Positions 8,923-19,317 of a stretch of DNA of 64,000 nt are shown here, piece by piece. The position numbers and the translations under genes were made by a program. The stretch spans positions 128,001 to 192,000 of the forward strand of contig JANNXA010000016.1 in NCBI GenBank assembly GCA_031409275.1. The letters are read 5' to 3'. The notes beneath the pieces were generated by a model, which saw only the letters and a list, made by a program, of their open reading frames with translations, made no database searches and was not told the origin of the DNA. This DNA is from Planctomycetota bacterium (lineage in GTDB: Bacteria > Planctomycetota > B15-G4 > SIAN01). Numbering within the stretch: the first letter of the stretch is position 1; each line of letters starts with the position of its first letter.

Positions 8923-10305
8923 TCACTGGTCGTAGGTGATCAGGACGGGCGCCGACATCTCCGCCGGCTTCGCGATCCCCGCCACTTGCACGACGATGTT
9001 CAGGTCACCGTTGAGGTCGGCGGGATCCAGCGAGAAGTCGATCGCGGCGCGACCGTTCGAGTCGAGGTCGAAGGGCAGCAGGAGGAAGTAGTTCGACGTG
9101 TACCACGCCTGGAAGCGGAACTTGTCGGAGAGCGGCACCGCGTCGAACGTCGCGCCCGCGCTGGATGCGCCGAACGTGGCGAAGATCCAGACCGTGCCAT
9201 CCGGCACGCCATGGTCGATCCAGAGCGTGTCGTCGAGGTCGAGCGGGGTGAGTCCCTGGCCCGACAAGTCGAGGCAGAGCGGAAGGTCGCGAGTGGCGAT
9301 CACCTGGAGGCAGGTGAGGTCGCTGCCGTTGCCGTCGAGGCCGAGGAACGAGCCGGTCGGCGATGCGGCGCCGCCGAGAGCGACGCCGTTCAACGTGGCG
9401 ATCGCGCCGCCCCCCGCGGTGGTCAGGATGCGAGGGCCGTTGTCCGAGCCGGCGTAGAGCAGGTTCGGCCACGCCGTGACGCCGTCGGCACCCACGAACG
9501 TCCCACCCGCGGGATCGACGTCGAGCGCCTGCAGGTCGCCGATGGTCGTGACAGGAACGCCGAGCGCATCGAGCAGCCCCGCGGCGACCACCTGCGCGTC
9601 CACGTCGGACTCGGCGAGGACGATCGCGACCGTGTCGCTGCCGAGGCTTGCGATGGTGCCGTCGGCGTTCCAGACGATGTCGTCCGCATCGAACGCGAGC
9701 ACGGCGCCGTCGCCCACGCTGACGAGGTCGCCGTGGATCAGCTCGTCGTCGCGGAACGAGACGTAGAGGTTGCCGTCCGCATCGAACGCCGCCGCATCGA
9801 CGTCGATCGACAGGGTCGTGCCGATCCCGGCCTGCAACGTCGGCTGCGACAACACGATGTCGATCACCGGCGCACCGACCGCCGGGGCGCGATGGAAGCG
9901 CCACAACGAGCCGTCGGTCACGATGGCCGCGTACGCCTCGCCGAAGTCGGACTTCGAGCTGAGCACGTAGTCGAAGATCGAGGGGCTGCCGTAGGGCGAG
10001 GCGACATAGCTCGGCGGCAGGGCGATCGCATCGATCTCGTCGAGCGCGGTCTCGAAGAAGTCGAGGTCGCCATCCTCGTCGCCGAGCAGCGCGTTCAGCG
10101 TCGCCAGGCCGACCGTCTTCTCGGCCGCGAGCGTTCCTGGCCCGGGAACCACCTCGCAGATCGTCTCGTCCGTGAGGAGGTCGAGTGGGGTGAGGCCGCC
10201 TCGGGTCGAGCAGTCGGCTTCGGGAACGAAGACGAGCGAGTGCTGGGCGCCGGCCGTTGCGGCGACGCCGATCTGCAAAACGAGGACGGCGATCGAGCGA
10301 TTCAT
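8923..10305 (-). CDS. Acidic secreted hypothetical protein, probable beta-propeller plus C-terminal beta-sandwich
   Basis: Signal peptide MNRSIAVLVLQIGVAATAGA|Q; repeated EIDAIAL / DVDAAAFD / DLQALDV strands; Asp-rich, Lys/Arg-poor. The ORF is open back to 10581. Confidence 0.7.
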   Translation of the reverse strand: MNRSIAVLVLQIGVAATAGAQHSLVFVPEADCSTRGGLTPLDLLTDETICEVVPGPGTLAAEKTVGLATLNALLGDEDGDLDFFETALDEIDAIALPPSYVASPYGSPSIFDYVLSSKSDFGEAYAAIVTDGSLWRFHRAPAVGAPVIDIVLSQPTLQAGIGTTLSIDVDAAAFDADGNLYVSFRDDELIHGDLVSVGDGAVLAFDADDIVWNADGTIASLGSDTVAIVLAESDVDAQVVAAGLLDALGVPVTTIGDLQALDVDPAGGTFVGADGVTAWPNLLYAGSDNGPRILTTAGGGAIATLNGVALGGAASPTGSFLGLDGNGSDLTCLQVIATRDLPLCLDLSGQGLTPLDLDDTLWIDHGVPDGTVWIFATFGASSAGATFDAVPLSDKFRFQAWYTSNYFLLLPFDLDSNGRAAIDFSLDPADLNGDLNIVVQVAGIAKPAEMSAPVLITYDQ

Positions 10306-10526
10306 GGGAGCTCCGGGTGCGGGGATGGAGGGCGTTCGTTGGCCGGCGCAACTCCACGCAACGAGGCCGGCACTCAACGGCTGCACGAACAGCAATCGCG
10401 ACGCCGGCGTGCCGTCGCGCCGCCTTGATTGCGTGTCGGGATCGCCCGCGGGCACCCGCGCCTTGGCGAGCGCTTCATTGAAATCCAATTCAGGATTGCC
10501 GTCCGCTCGACGTGCGATCGAGCACT

Positions 10527-10776
10527 GCGCGCTTCCGACGAGGTTCTGAATCGAACGGCCCAGCCGCAGCAGGGGTTTCATGAACCACGCGGGCTAGCCG
10601 CTTGACTCATGATCCCCGTCGCGAGGCGACGGGATGTCGGTCCAGGACGAGGAGGGAATGCGAGTCTCCGACGATGCGGGCTGGTGAGCCCGCTGAGGAA
10701 GGAACGCGCGTTTCCGACGAAGTACTGGATTGACAGACCAAGCCGCAGCAGGGGTTTCATGAGTCGAGCGGGCTAG
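10527..10776. repeat. Two ungapped 71-bp direct repeats (10527-10597 and 10706-10776), 179 bp apart
   Basis: Identical core AGCCGCAGCAGGGGTTTCATGA at 10562 and 10741, with matching flanks. Confidence 0.9.
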
Positions 10777-10823
10777 AGTCCGTCGCCGCTGGTCGGCGCC
10801 GCGGTCGTCGGAGCGCACCTCTC

Positions 10824-11501
10824 ATGCGTCTGTTGGTCGTCGAGGACTCGGAGCGGCTTGGGGAAACGCTGCGTGTCGGTCTGCGGAAGCTCGGCCACGC
10901 GGTCGATGTCGTCGGCGATGGGACGCGCGGCCTCTCCTATGCAAAGCTCAACCCGTACGACGTGATGATCCTCGATCTCATGCTGCCGGGCCTCGACGGG
11001 ATGTCGGTGATGCGCTCGATCCGCCAGCTCGGCAACTCGATCCCGATCTTGATCCTGACGGCCCGCGATGCCGTCGCGGATCGGGTCGCCGGGCTTCGGC
11101 AGGGCGCCGACGATTACCTGGTGAAGCCGTTCGCGTTCGACGAGCTGGTGGTCCGCATCGAGGCACTCGATCGGCGCGCGCGCGGAACGGCGAGCCCATC
11201 GATCGAGGTCGGCGACCTGCACATCGACACCGGCGCGCGACGCGTCTCGCGGTCTGGGAAATGGATCGAGCTCAATCGCCGCGAGTACGCCCTGCTGCTC
11301 TACCTCGCCCAGCGACGCGGAAAAGTGGTCACCCGGCTGGAAATCGAGGATCACCTCTACGACGAGCACCACTTCCCGAACAGCAATGTCGTGGCCTCCG
11401 CCATCTCGGAGTTGCGGGCGCGACTCGCCGTCGATGGTCGACCCGACATGATCCAGACTCGGCGCGGACTCGGCTATGTGCTCGAGGCCCCCACGTGTTG
11501 A
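10824..11501 (+). CDS. OmpR/PhoB-family response regulator (QseB/CusR-like)
   Basis: VVED, ILDLMLPGLDG, GADDYLVKPF, winged-helix IQTRRGLGY. Confidence 0.95.
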   Translation: MRLLVVEDSERLGETLRVGLRKLGHAVDVVGDGTRGLSYAKLNPYDVMILDLMLPGLDGMSVMRSIRQLGNSIPILILTARDAVADRVAGLRQGADDYLVKPFAFDELVVRIEALDRRARGTASPSIEVGDLHIDTGARRVSRSGKWIELNRREYALLLYLAQRRGKVVTRLEIEDHLYDEHHFPNSNVVASAISELRARLAVDGRPDMIQTRRGLGYVLEAPTC

Positions 11502-12964
11502 CGTCGATCCGCGCACGGGTGACGCTCGCCGCCTGCGCCATCGTGATCGGCGCGGTGGCCTCCGTCGGGATCACGATCGACGTGCTGATTCGTCGGCAGA
11601 TGGTCCGCCTGTACGACGAGTCGGTCGCGATGCGCGTGCGCACGCTGGCGACACTCGTGCATTCCTCCGACGCGATGCTGTTCTTCGACTTCGCCGGCGA
11701 ACTGATGCCCGAGTTCGAGCGCGCCGCTCACGCCGACTACTTTGAGGTGTGGGACAGCGACGGCGACGTCATCGAGCGCTCCCTTTCGTTGGACGACGCG
11801 CATCTTCCGCGAACGTTCGGATCGGTTGCCACGCCCGCGGCATTCGACCTCCGTCTCCCCGACGGGCGTCATGGACGCGCGATCGGCATCGAATTCGATG
11901 CCTCACCTGCCGAGGCGGATGAAAGCGTCGAGGGTCTCGACTCCTCACTGCACCCGCACCCATCGCAGAGCCACCGCGCGGTCATCGTGGTCGCCTCCGG
12001 GAGAGCTGGGCTCGACGACGCGTTCGTCGCGCTGCGTCGAGTCGTCGTGGCAAGCAGCGTCGTCGCGTCGCTCGTCGCGCTGATCGTGACGGCCTGGATC
12101 GTGCGGCGATCCATGCGCCCGCTGATCGGGCTCGCGCGACACCTGGAGCAGATGGATGCCGCCCGCCTCGATGAGCCGCTGGCGCGGATGGGGTTGCCCT
12201 CCGAACTGATCCCGATCTGCGAACGTCTCGACGACCTCTTCGCGCGAGTTCAAGCCGCGTTCGATCGGGAGCGGCGAATGACCGCCAACCTGGCACACGA
12301 GCTGCGGACGCCGATCGCCGAGCTGCGGGCGGCGACCGACGTGGCGGAGCGCTGGCCGGACGACGCGGCACTTCGCCTGAACGCGATCGAGACGGCATCG
12401 GACGTCGCAGCGCGCATGGGCGTCGCCGTCGACGCGTTGCTGAAGCTCGCCCGACTCGAGGCCGGAGAGGACGAAATCGAAGGCGACCGGGTGAATCTCG
12501 CCGCTCTGTTCGAGGACGCCTGGCGACCGTTGGTCCGCGGTTGCGCCGCGCGCGAGCTTCAGCTTGTCGACGAGATTCCGCGTGACCTCGAAGCGTCTAC
12601 GGACCGCGGTCTTCTGGCGCTGGTGGTCAGCAACATTGTGCGCAATGCCGTCGTGCACGCCGATGCGCCCGGTCCGCTCACCGTCTCCGCAGAGGCGACC
12701 CCAACGCGGATCCGCTGGATCGTTCGCAATCGCGCGTCTCGGCTGTCGCGGGCCGATCTGCCCTACCTCGATCAGCCGTTCTGGCAAAAACAACCCGCCG
12801 CCCCCCGCGGCACGCACGTCGGGCTCGGACTGGCGCTCTCCGACGCGATCCTCCGCTTCCTCGATTCGCACATGGAGTTCACCCTGGTCGCTGGTGAGCT
12901 GACGTTGACGCTCGACCTACCAAGAGCGGCCCCCAACGCCGGCAAACAACCGGGCATCGCCTGA
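11498..12964 (+). CDS. Sensor histidine kinase (two TMs, HAMP, HisKA, HATPase)
   Basis: ANLAHELRTP H-box, NIVRNA N-box, PFWQ, GLGLAL; TTGA overlap with the regulator. Confidence 0.9.
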   Translation: MTSIRARVTLAACAIVIGAVASVGITIDVLIRRQMVRLYDESVAMRVRTLATLVHSSDAMLFFDFAGELMPEFERAAHADYFEVWDSDGDVIERSLSLDDAHLPRTFGSVATPAAFDLRLPDGRHGRAIGIEFDASPAEADESVEGLDSSLHPHPSQSHRAVIVVASGRAGLDDAFVALRRVVVASSVVASLVALIVTAWIVRRSMRPLIGLARHLEQMDAARLDEPLARMGLPSELIPICERLDDLFARVQAAFDRERRMTANLAHELRTPIAELRAATDVAERWPDDAALRLNAIETASDVAARMGVAVDALLKLARLEAGEDEIEGDRVNLAALFEDAWRPLVRGCAARELQLVDEIPRDLEASTDRGLLALVVSNIVRNAVVHADAPGPLTVSAEATPTRIRWIVRNRASRLSRADLPYLDQPFWQKQPAAPRGTHVGLGLALSDAILRFLDSHMEFTLVAGELTLTLDLPRAAPNAGKQPGIA

Positions 12965-12991
12965 GCGCGATCCGTGGCAGCCGCCGCATAC

Positions 12992-13507
12992 CTACGTGTC
13001 GTCCTCCTCCTCATCCGCCGCCTTCGCCTTGACCGGCACTGGAAGAACGGGGCGATCGATGCGCGCCCCGGTCGCGTCGACTTCGAGGCTGCGCCGATGG
13101 CCATCCACGGTGAGCGCCACTTCGAAGTAACGCCGCGTCACTGACTCGACGCGGGTGACGACACCCCCCGGAAAGTCAGACTCGATACGCGCCTTCGCGG
13201 CGACAGAGAGGCGGTTCGCGTCGACGACGAGTTCCTCCTCGACGATCTCGCCCGCGCTGGTGACACGCAACGCGAGCGCGCCGTCTGCGGCGACGCCCTC
13301 AACCTCAAAGACATCGATCCCGTCGCGCGAGAACTTGCATCTCGCCAACGACCCGAAGCGCTGGCCGGCGGCCTTCGCCGCCGCGGGCGGAAGCTCCTCC
13401 GTGGGCGACGAGGGCGGAACCGCGAGGCGGGTCGCAGCCCCGCCGAGGCCGACAGCGAGAAGGAACAGGCACGGCGCGAACATGCGGCGTTGGCAGCTAG
13501 AGGTCAT
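12992..13507 (-). CDS. Secreted PepSY/BLIP-like protein
   Basis: Signal peptide; two repeats (FEVE...LRVTSAGEIV; YFEVAL...LEVDATG) linked by LSVAAKARIESDFPG. Confidence 0.6.
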   Translation of the reverse strand: MTSSCQRRMFAPCLFLLAVGLGGAATRLAVPPSSPTEELPPAAAKAAGQRFGSLARCKFSRDGIDVFEVEGVAADGALALRVTSAGEIVEEELVVDANRLSVAAKARIESDFPGGVVTRVESVTRRYFEVALTVDGHRRSLEVDATGARIDRPVLPVPVKAKAADEEEDDT

Positions 13508-13605
13508 CTTGCTCTCCGGTGCGACCGAGCGGGACACGCCCGGCGACGGGGTCGCGAACCGCCGCCGGGCCAAGAACACTCGCAAAGCGTCCGCGAGCCA
13601 GTGGT

Positions 13606-14286
13606 TCAGTGCGTCAAGAACGACTGCTCGACGAGGGTGACGTTGCCCGTCGCCGACTCGGCCGCGACGGCGAGCGAGTATTCGTTGCCGGGGATCAGCA
13701 ACCCGACCGGAACGGTGAACATCAACACATCGGCCGGAACCCGGAAGTTCAACTTGAGCCCGAGCAGCTTGTTCTCGACCTCGATGAGATAGCTGGTCGC
13801 GCCAACGACGGGCAACCAAGCGATCTCGGCGTCGTCCGCCGCGACGTCCGCGCCATCGCTGGGTGAGATCACGGGCTCGGCGAGCATCGAATGGGTGAGC
13901 GTCGCCTCCCCCTTGATCTTGCGGCCATCGAGGGTCTTCGCCTCGAATTTGTACATTCCTTCCGGGTAGGCCGCGAAGACGTCGTCAAGCGTCGGCTCGG
14001 CGCTCTCCAGCACGACCTGGCCCTGTCCGATCGCATCCTTCGAGGTGAGGGACATCGTGCTCTTCTTCCCGTCCGGGAAGGTGACCGAGAGCTCTTTCAT
14101 GCCTTCCGGCGACTTCACAACGATGAACCCCTCGCCATCACTATCCGTCACGTTCGTCTCGATGTGGATCGAGGCTTCATCAAACCGAAGTCGTTCGTCG
14201 ACCGGCGTTGCCATGGTGTACGCGCTGATCGGAACGACGATGGAAGCGAGGGAGAGCGCGACAAGAGCGTTGAAATTGATGTTCAT
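13606..14286 (-). CDS. Secreted hypothetical protein with Ig/Fn3-like C-terminal domain
   Basis: RBS GAGGA; signal peptide; IETNVTDSD, ESAEP, YPEGMYKF, IAWLPVVGATSYLIEV. Confidence 0.7.
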   Translation of the reverse strand: MNINFNALVALSLASIVVPISAYTMATPVDERLRFDEASIHIETNVTDSDGEGFIVVKSPEGMKELSVTFPDGKKSTMSLTSKDAIGQGQVVLESAEPTLDDVFAAYPEGMYKFEAKTLDGRKIKGEATLTHSMLAEPVISPSDGADVAADDAEIAWLPVVGATSYLIEVENKLLGLKLNFRVPADVLMFTVPVGLLIPGNEYSLAVAAESATGNVTLVEQSFLTH

Positions 14287-14340
14287 CGGGTGATCCTCGA
14301 GTCCGACGGCAGGCTTCGCCGTCGAACGCATCCTGAGGGT

Positions 14341-14359
14341 GTGAAACCAGGATGAAATC
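14341..14359 (-). promoter_or_regulatory. Candidate OmpR-type tandem binding site (TTTCA-N6-TTTCA)
   Basis: TGAAA at 14342 and 14353 (11-bp period), about 55 bp upstream of the 14286 start and near a two-component pair. Confidence 0.4.
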
Positions 14360-14522
14360 TAGTCGCGCGAAAACGCTGAAGATGACGCCAACGTGATCTG
14401 CGCCATCGCGGCGCGAGGCCGGCCAACAGCGCGAATCAGCGGCGAGTTTCAGTGAGGAGGCGCGACGATGCAGAGGCGGAGTGCCGCCGATACGGCGACC
14501 ACGCAACCACCGGGATCGGCTC

Positions 14523-14783
14523 TCAGTGCGAGTCGCGCCCGACCTTCGCCCTTGGCAGCGCCAGTGCGTTCGCGCGCGGGCGACGCTTCCAATCGCCGAC
14601 GGAGCCGGGGCTGCTCTTCGCGAGCTTGCCATCGCTCGGCGCTGCGTCGACCGGCTGCTGTGCCGCAGCCGCCGTCGCGGCGGCGAGTTCCGCCGTTCGC
14701 CGGGCGTCGTCGGCGGCAGCGCAGCAGCGCTTGTGCTTCTTGCCCGACCCGCAGGGGCAATCGTCGTTGCGTCCGACCTTCAT
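14523..14783 (-). CDS. Small SEC-C motif protein
   Basis: MKVGRNDDCPCGSGKKHKRCC. Confidence 0.8.
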   Translation of the reverse strand: MKVGRNDDCPCGSGKKHKRCCAAADDARRTAELAAATAAAAQQPVDAAPSDGKLAKSSPGSVGDWKRRPRANALALPRAKVGRDSH

Positions 14784-14949
14784 GGCGCCGTTCCCTTCGC
14801 CGAGGGAGCTCGCGGCGGACGAGTCGTTGGCAGCAGGTGCCAGCAGGCGCCTCCGCGAAGCGGTGACGATCGTCGCGTCCCGCGAGCGGAGTTGCCATCG
14901 CGATCTTGCGCGCGCCGGCGATTCGCGAAAAACAGGGCGCCGGCGCGCC

Positions 14950-16473
<1,524 letters not shown>

Positions 16474-16647
16474 TGGCGGCTCCCTCAAGCGGCGGACGAT
16501 GCCGGCGCTCGATCCCTCTCTCACGGCATTGAAGCGCTCCGGGGGCGACTCTCGCTAGCTTGCCGCCGCTCCGGGGCGGGGAATCACCTTGCAACCCGCC
16601 GCCGCGGGGCGCGCTCCTTTGCGCCGATGCAGGCCATCGAGGACACG

Positions 16648-17196
16648 ATGACGGGGTCGCCGGAGAGCGAGCTGGCCGAAGGGCTGCGCCGTGGAGACGA
16701 GCGCGCCTTCGAGGAGCTCTATCGCCTCTACGCGGACGGGCTCCACCACCTGGCCGAGCGGATGCTCGGCAGCACGGCCGACGCGGCCGACGTCCTCCAG
16801 GAGACCTTCGTCGCCGTCTTCCGGCGCATCGAGACGTGGCGCGGCGAAGGCTCGCTGAAGAGCTGGCTCTACCAGATCGCGGTGCGCTTCGCCCTGCGCG
16901 CGAAACGGCGCCGCCCGATCACCGTCGACTTCGACGACGAGGAGCAGATCCCGCCGCCCGCCGTGAATGACCCGCCGCCCTCCGAAATGGACTTCCGCTC
17001 GGCCGTCGATCAGGAGATCGCGCGACTGCCGACGCGCGCGCGCATGGTCTTCGTGATGCACACGGTCGATGGGATGACCCATCCCGAGATCGCCAAGGTG
17101 CTCGAGGTCGACGAGGGCACGTCGAAATCGCAGCTCCACTACGCACGCTCGCTGCTCAAGCGCCGACTCGCGAGGTTCGAACGTGAACTCGCCTGA
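16648..17196 (+). CDS. ECF sigma-70 factor
   Basis: GDERAFEELY, DAADVLQETF, KSWLYQIA, GMTHPEIA...GTSKSQLHYAR. Confidence 0.92.
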   Translation: MTGSPESELAEGLRRGDERAFEELYRLYADGLHHLAERMLGSTADAADVLQETFVAVFRRIETWRGEGSLKSWLYQIAVRFALRAKRRRPITVDFDDEEQIPPPAVNDPPPSEMDFRSAVDQEIARLPTRARMVFVMHTVDGMTHPEIAKVLEVDEGTSKSQLHYARSLLKRRLARFERELA

Positions 17197-17971
17197 CCTC
17201 GGCGCCACGGGCCTGCCGCCGCCCGAACCGGAGTTCACCGCCTTCGACGCGCGCATCGCCGACGCGGCGAAGTCGCTGCGCCGCCCGCTGCACCCCTCGC
17301 TGGCGCCCGCGCGCTTCGCTGCGATCCGTGCCGCCGCGCGCGATCCCGACGTGGCCCACGCGACGGCCGCCCGCACGCTGGTCGAGCCGGCGCCGCTCTC
17401 CTTCGCCGATGTGCGGGCACGCGCGCAGGACGAGACGCCCGACCGCTTCGATCGCGCGATCGCCGACGCCGCACGCACGCTGGTGCGGCCCGCACCGGCC
17501 GGGTTGCTGGAGCAGGTGCGCGCTTCGGCGCGGCCGCGCTGGACGCGCCGCGCGTTGCGGGTCGTCGCGCTGCGCCGCTTCGCGCTGGCGGCGGCGGCCA
17601 CGCTGCTGGCCGGCCTCGCGCTCTTCTTCGCGGCACAGAACCAGGCGAGCGCGGCGCCCCACCCCGCGCTCCTCTCCGCCAGCGCGCTCGAGCGCGCCGA
17701 GGCCGCGGAGTCGGCGCTCGCGACGCGCGCCGATTCGCTGGCCGCGCAGGTCGCCGCCGATCCGGCGCTCGCCGACGACGAGGCGCTGGCGCCGCTGCTC
17801 GAAGAGGCCGCCTTCCTCGATGGCGCCATCACGGAATGCCGCGCCGCGCTCGAGCTCTCGCAGGCGCACAGCCATTTGCGCGAGCAGCTGCGCGTGCTCG
17901 GCGAACGGCGGGTCGAGCTGCTGGCGCTGCTGGCGGCCGCGCGCGGGAACGACGGCGGAGCGGGCCGATGA
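17183..17971 (+). CDS. Probable membrane anti-sigma factor
   Basis: Overlaps the sigma gene; single TM; C-terminal LDGAITECRAAL helix; internal repeat FDARIADAAKSL / FDRAIADAARTL. Confidence 0.65.
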   Translation: MNSPDLGATGLPPPEPEFTAFDARIADAAKSLRRPLHPSLAPARFAAIRAAARDPDVAHATAARTLVEPAPLSFADVRARAQDETPDRFDRAIADAARTLVRPAPAGLLEQVRASARPRWTRRALRVVALRRFALAAAATLLAGLALFFAAQNQASAAPHPALLSASALERAEAAESALATRADSLAAQVAADPALADDEALAPLLEEAAFLDGAITECRAALELSQAHSHLREQLRVLGERRVELLALLAAARGNDGGAGR

Positions 17972-19275
17972 GCGCGCTCGCGACGCTCTTCCTCGCCCTC
18001 GCCACGCATGCGCCACGGCAGAGCGAACGCGTCATCGAGCTGCCCCTGCCGCTGGCGACGACCTATCGCATCCACCACTCCTTCGGACCGTGCAGCGTGC
18101 AGGTCAGCGCGCCGGGAACGGCGCCGAGCGCGCGCCTCGAACTGGTGGCCAGCGGCGGCACCGGCACGCGCGAACGCAGCTACCTCGATCTCTGCGGACT
18201 CGGCACCGAGTCGATCGACAGCGCCACGTGTGGCGTGAAGTCGGCCTTCCCGCCGCCCGAGCAGAAGGCGCAGGAACTCTCGTTCGCGGCGACGCTGCTG
18301 CTGCGCCTTCCCGCGGGCAGCGCCATCGAACTCGAGCAGCGTTTCGGCGCGGCGACCGTGACCGGCGCCTTCGGTCCCACCCGCGTGAAGTGCACGCTCG
18401 GATCGGTGCTGGTGGCGGACGTGCGCGGCGACGTGGAAGTGACCGGCGAGTACGGCGCCATCGCCGTGCGCGATCTCGGGGCGGCCGCCAAGCTCTCCAA
18501 CAAGAGCGCGGCCATCACCGCCGAGCGCGTCGCCGGCCACGTCGAAGCGCGCACCAGCGGCGACCGGATCTTGATCGACGGCGCCGGTTCGGCCCACGCC
18601 GAGAACCGCATCAAGCCGATCGAGATCCACCGCGTGCGCGGCGACGCGCGCGTGATCGCGCCGTTCTCGGAGGTCACCGCGCGCGACATCGGCGGCGACC
18701 TCACGATCGACGGCCAGAACCAGCCGATCCACGTCGAGCAGGTCGGCGGCCATCTGATCGTCCGCAACAAGAGCGGCGCCATCGATGCGCGCCGGATCGG
18801 CGGCAACGCGACGCTGCAGGGCAGCCTCTCGGCGATCACGCTCTCCGACGTCGTCGGCGACGTCGAAGCGCGCAGCCCCAACGCGCCGCTCAAGCTCTCG
18901 CGCATCGGCGGCCGGCTGGTGGCCGAGAACTCGGCGTTCGCGCTCGACCTCATCGACGTGAACGGCGATGTCGACGCCCACGCCAGCGGCGGCCTGTTGC
19001 GTGCGCGCTTCGCCACGCTCCCCGAGGGTGCGACGCCGCGCACCGTCGTCCTTGAGGCGATCGGCGGCGCGATCGAGCTCGAGTTGCCGGCCAACGGCTC
19101 GGCCGAACTCGAGCTCCTCAGCACCAGCGGGCAGCTCGACGCCGAACTGCCCGGAATCTCCATCACGCAGAACGGCGGCACCCGCATGGGAACGCTGAAG
19201 CTCGGCACCGGCCATGTGAAGCTGCGCGCCACCGCGGTCGGTGGCACGCTCCGCGCCCGTCTTGGCGGCTCCTGA
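17968..19275 (+). CDS. DUF4097 beta-strand repeat protein
   Basis: Many GDVEVT..GAI-type repeats; usual third gene of ECF/anti-sigma operons. Confidence 0.85.
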   Translation: MSALATLFLALATHAPRQSERVIELPLPLATTYRIHHSFGPCSVQVSAPGTAPSARLELVASGGTGTRERSYLDLCGLGTESIDSATCGVKSAFPPPEQKAQELSFAATLLLRLPAGSAIELEQRFGAATVTGAFGPTRVKCTLGSVLVADVRGDVEVTGEYGAIAVRDLGAAAKLSNKSAAITAERVAGHVEARTSGDRILIDGAGSAHAENRIKPIEIHRVRGDARVIAPFSEVTARDIGGDLTIDGQNQPIHVEQVGGHLIVRNKSGAIDARRIGGNATLQGSLSAITLSDVVGDVEARSPNAPLKLSRIGGRLVAENSAFALDLIDVNGDVDAHASGGLLRARFATLPEGATPRTVVLEAIGGAIELELPANGSAELELLSTSGQLDAELPGISITQNGGTRMGTLKLGTGHVKLRATAVGGTLRARLGGS

Positions 19276-19317
19276 CGCCGCTAGGACGAACGCATGAACG
19301 AACAGGATCGAGGAACC

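Noticed and set aside
16590..16620. Autoregulatory ECF promoter (TGCAACC...)
   Set aside because: A -35-like element is present but there is no convincing -10 element
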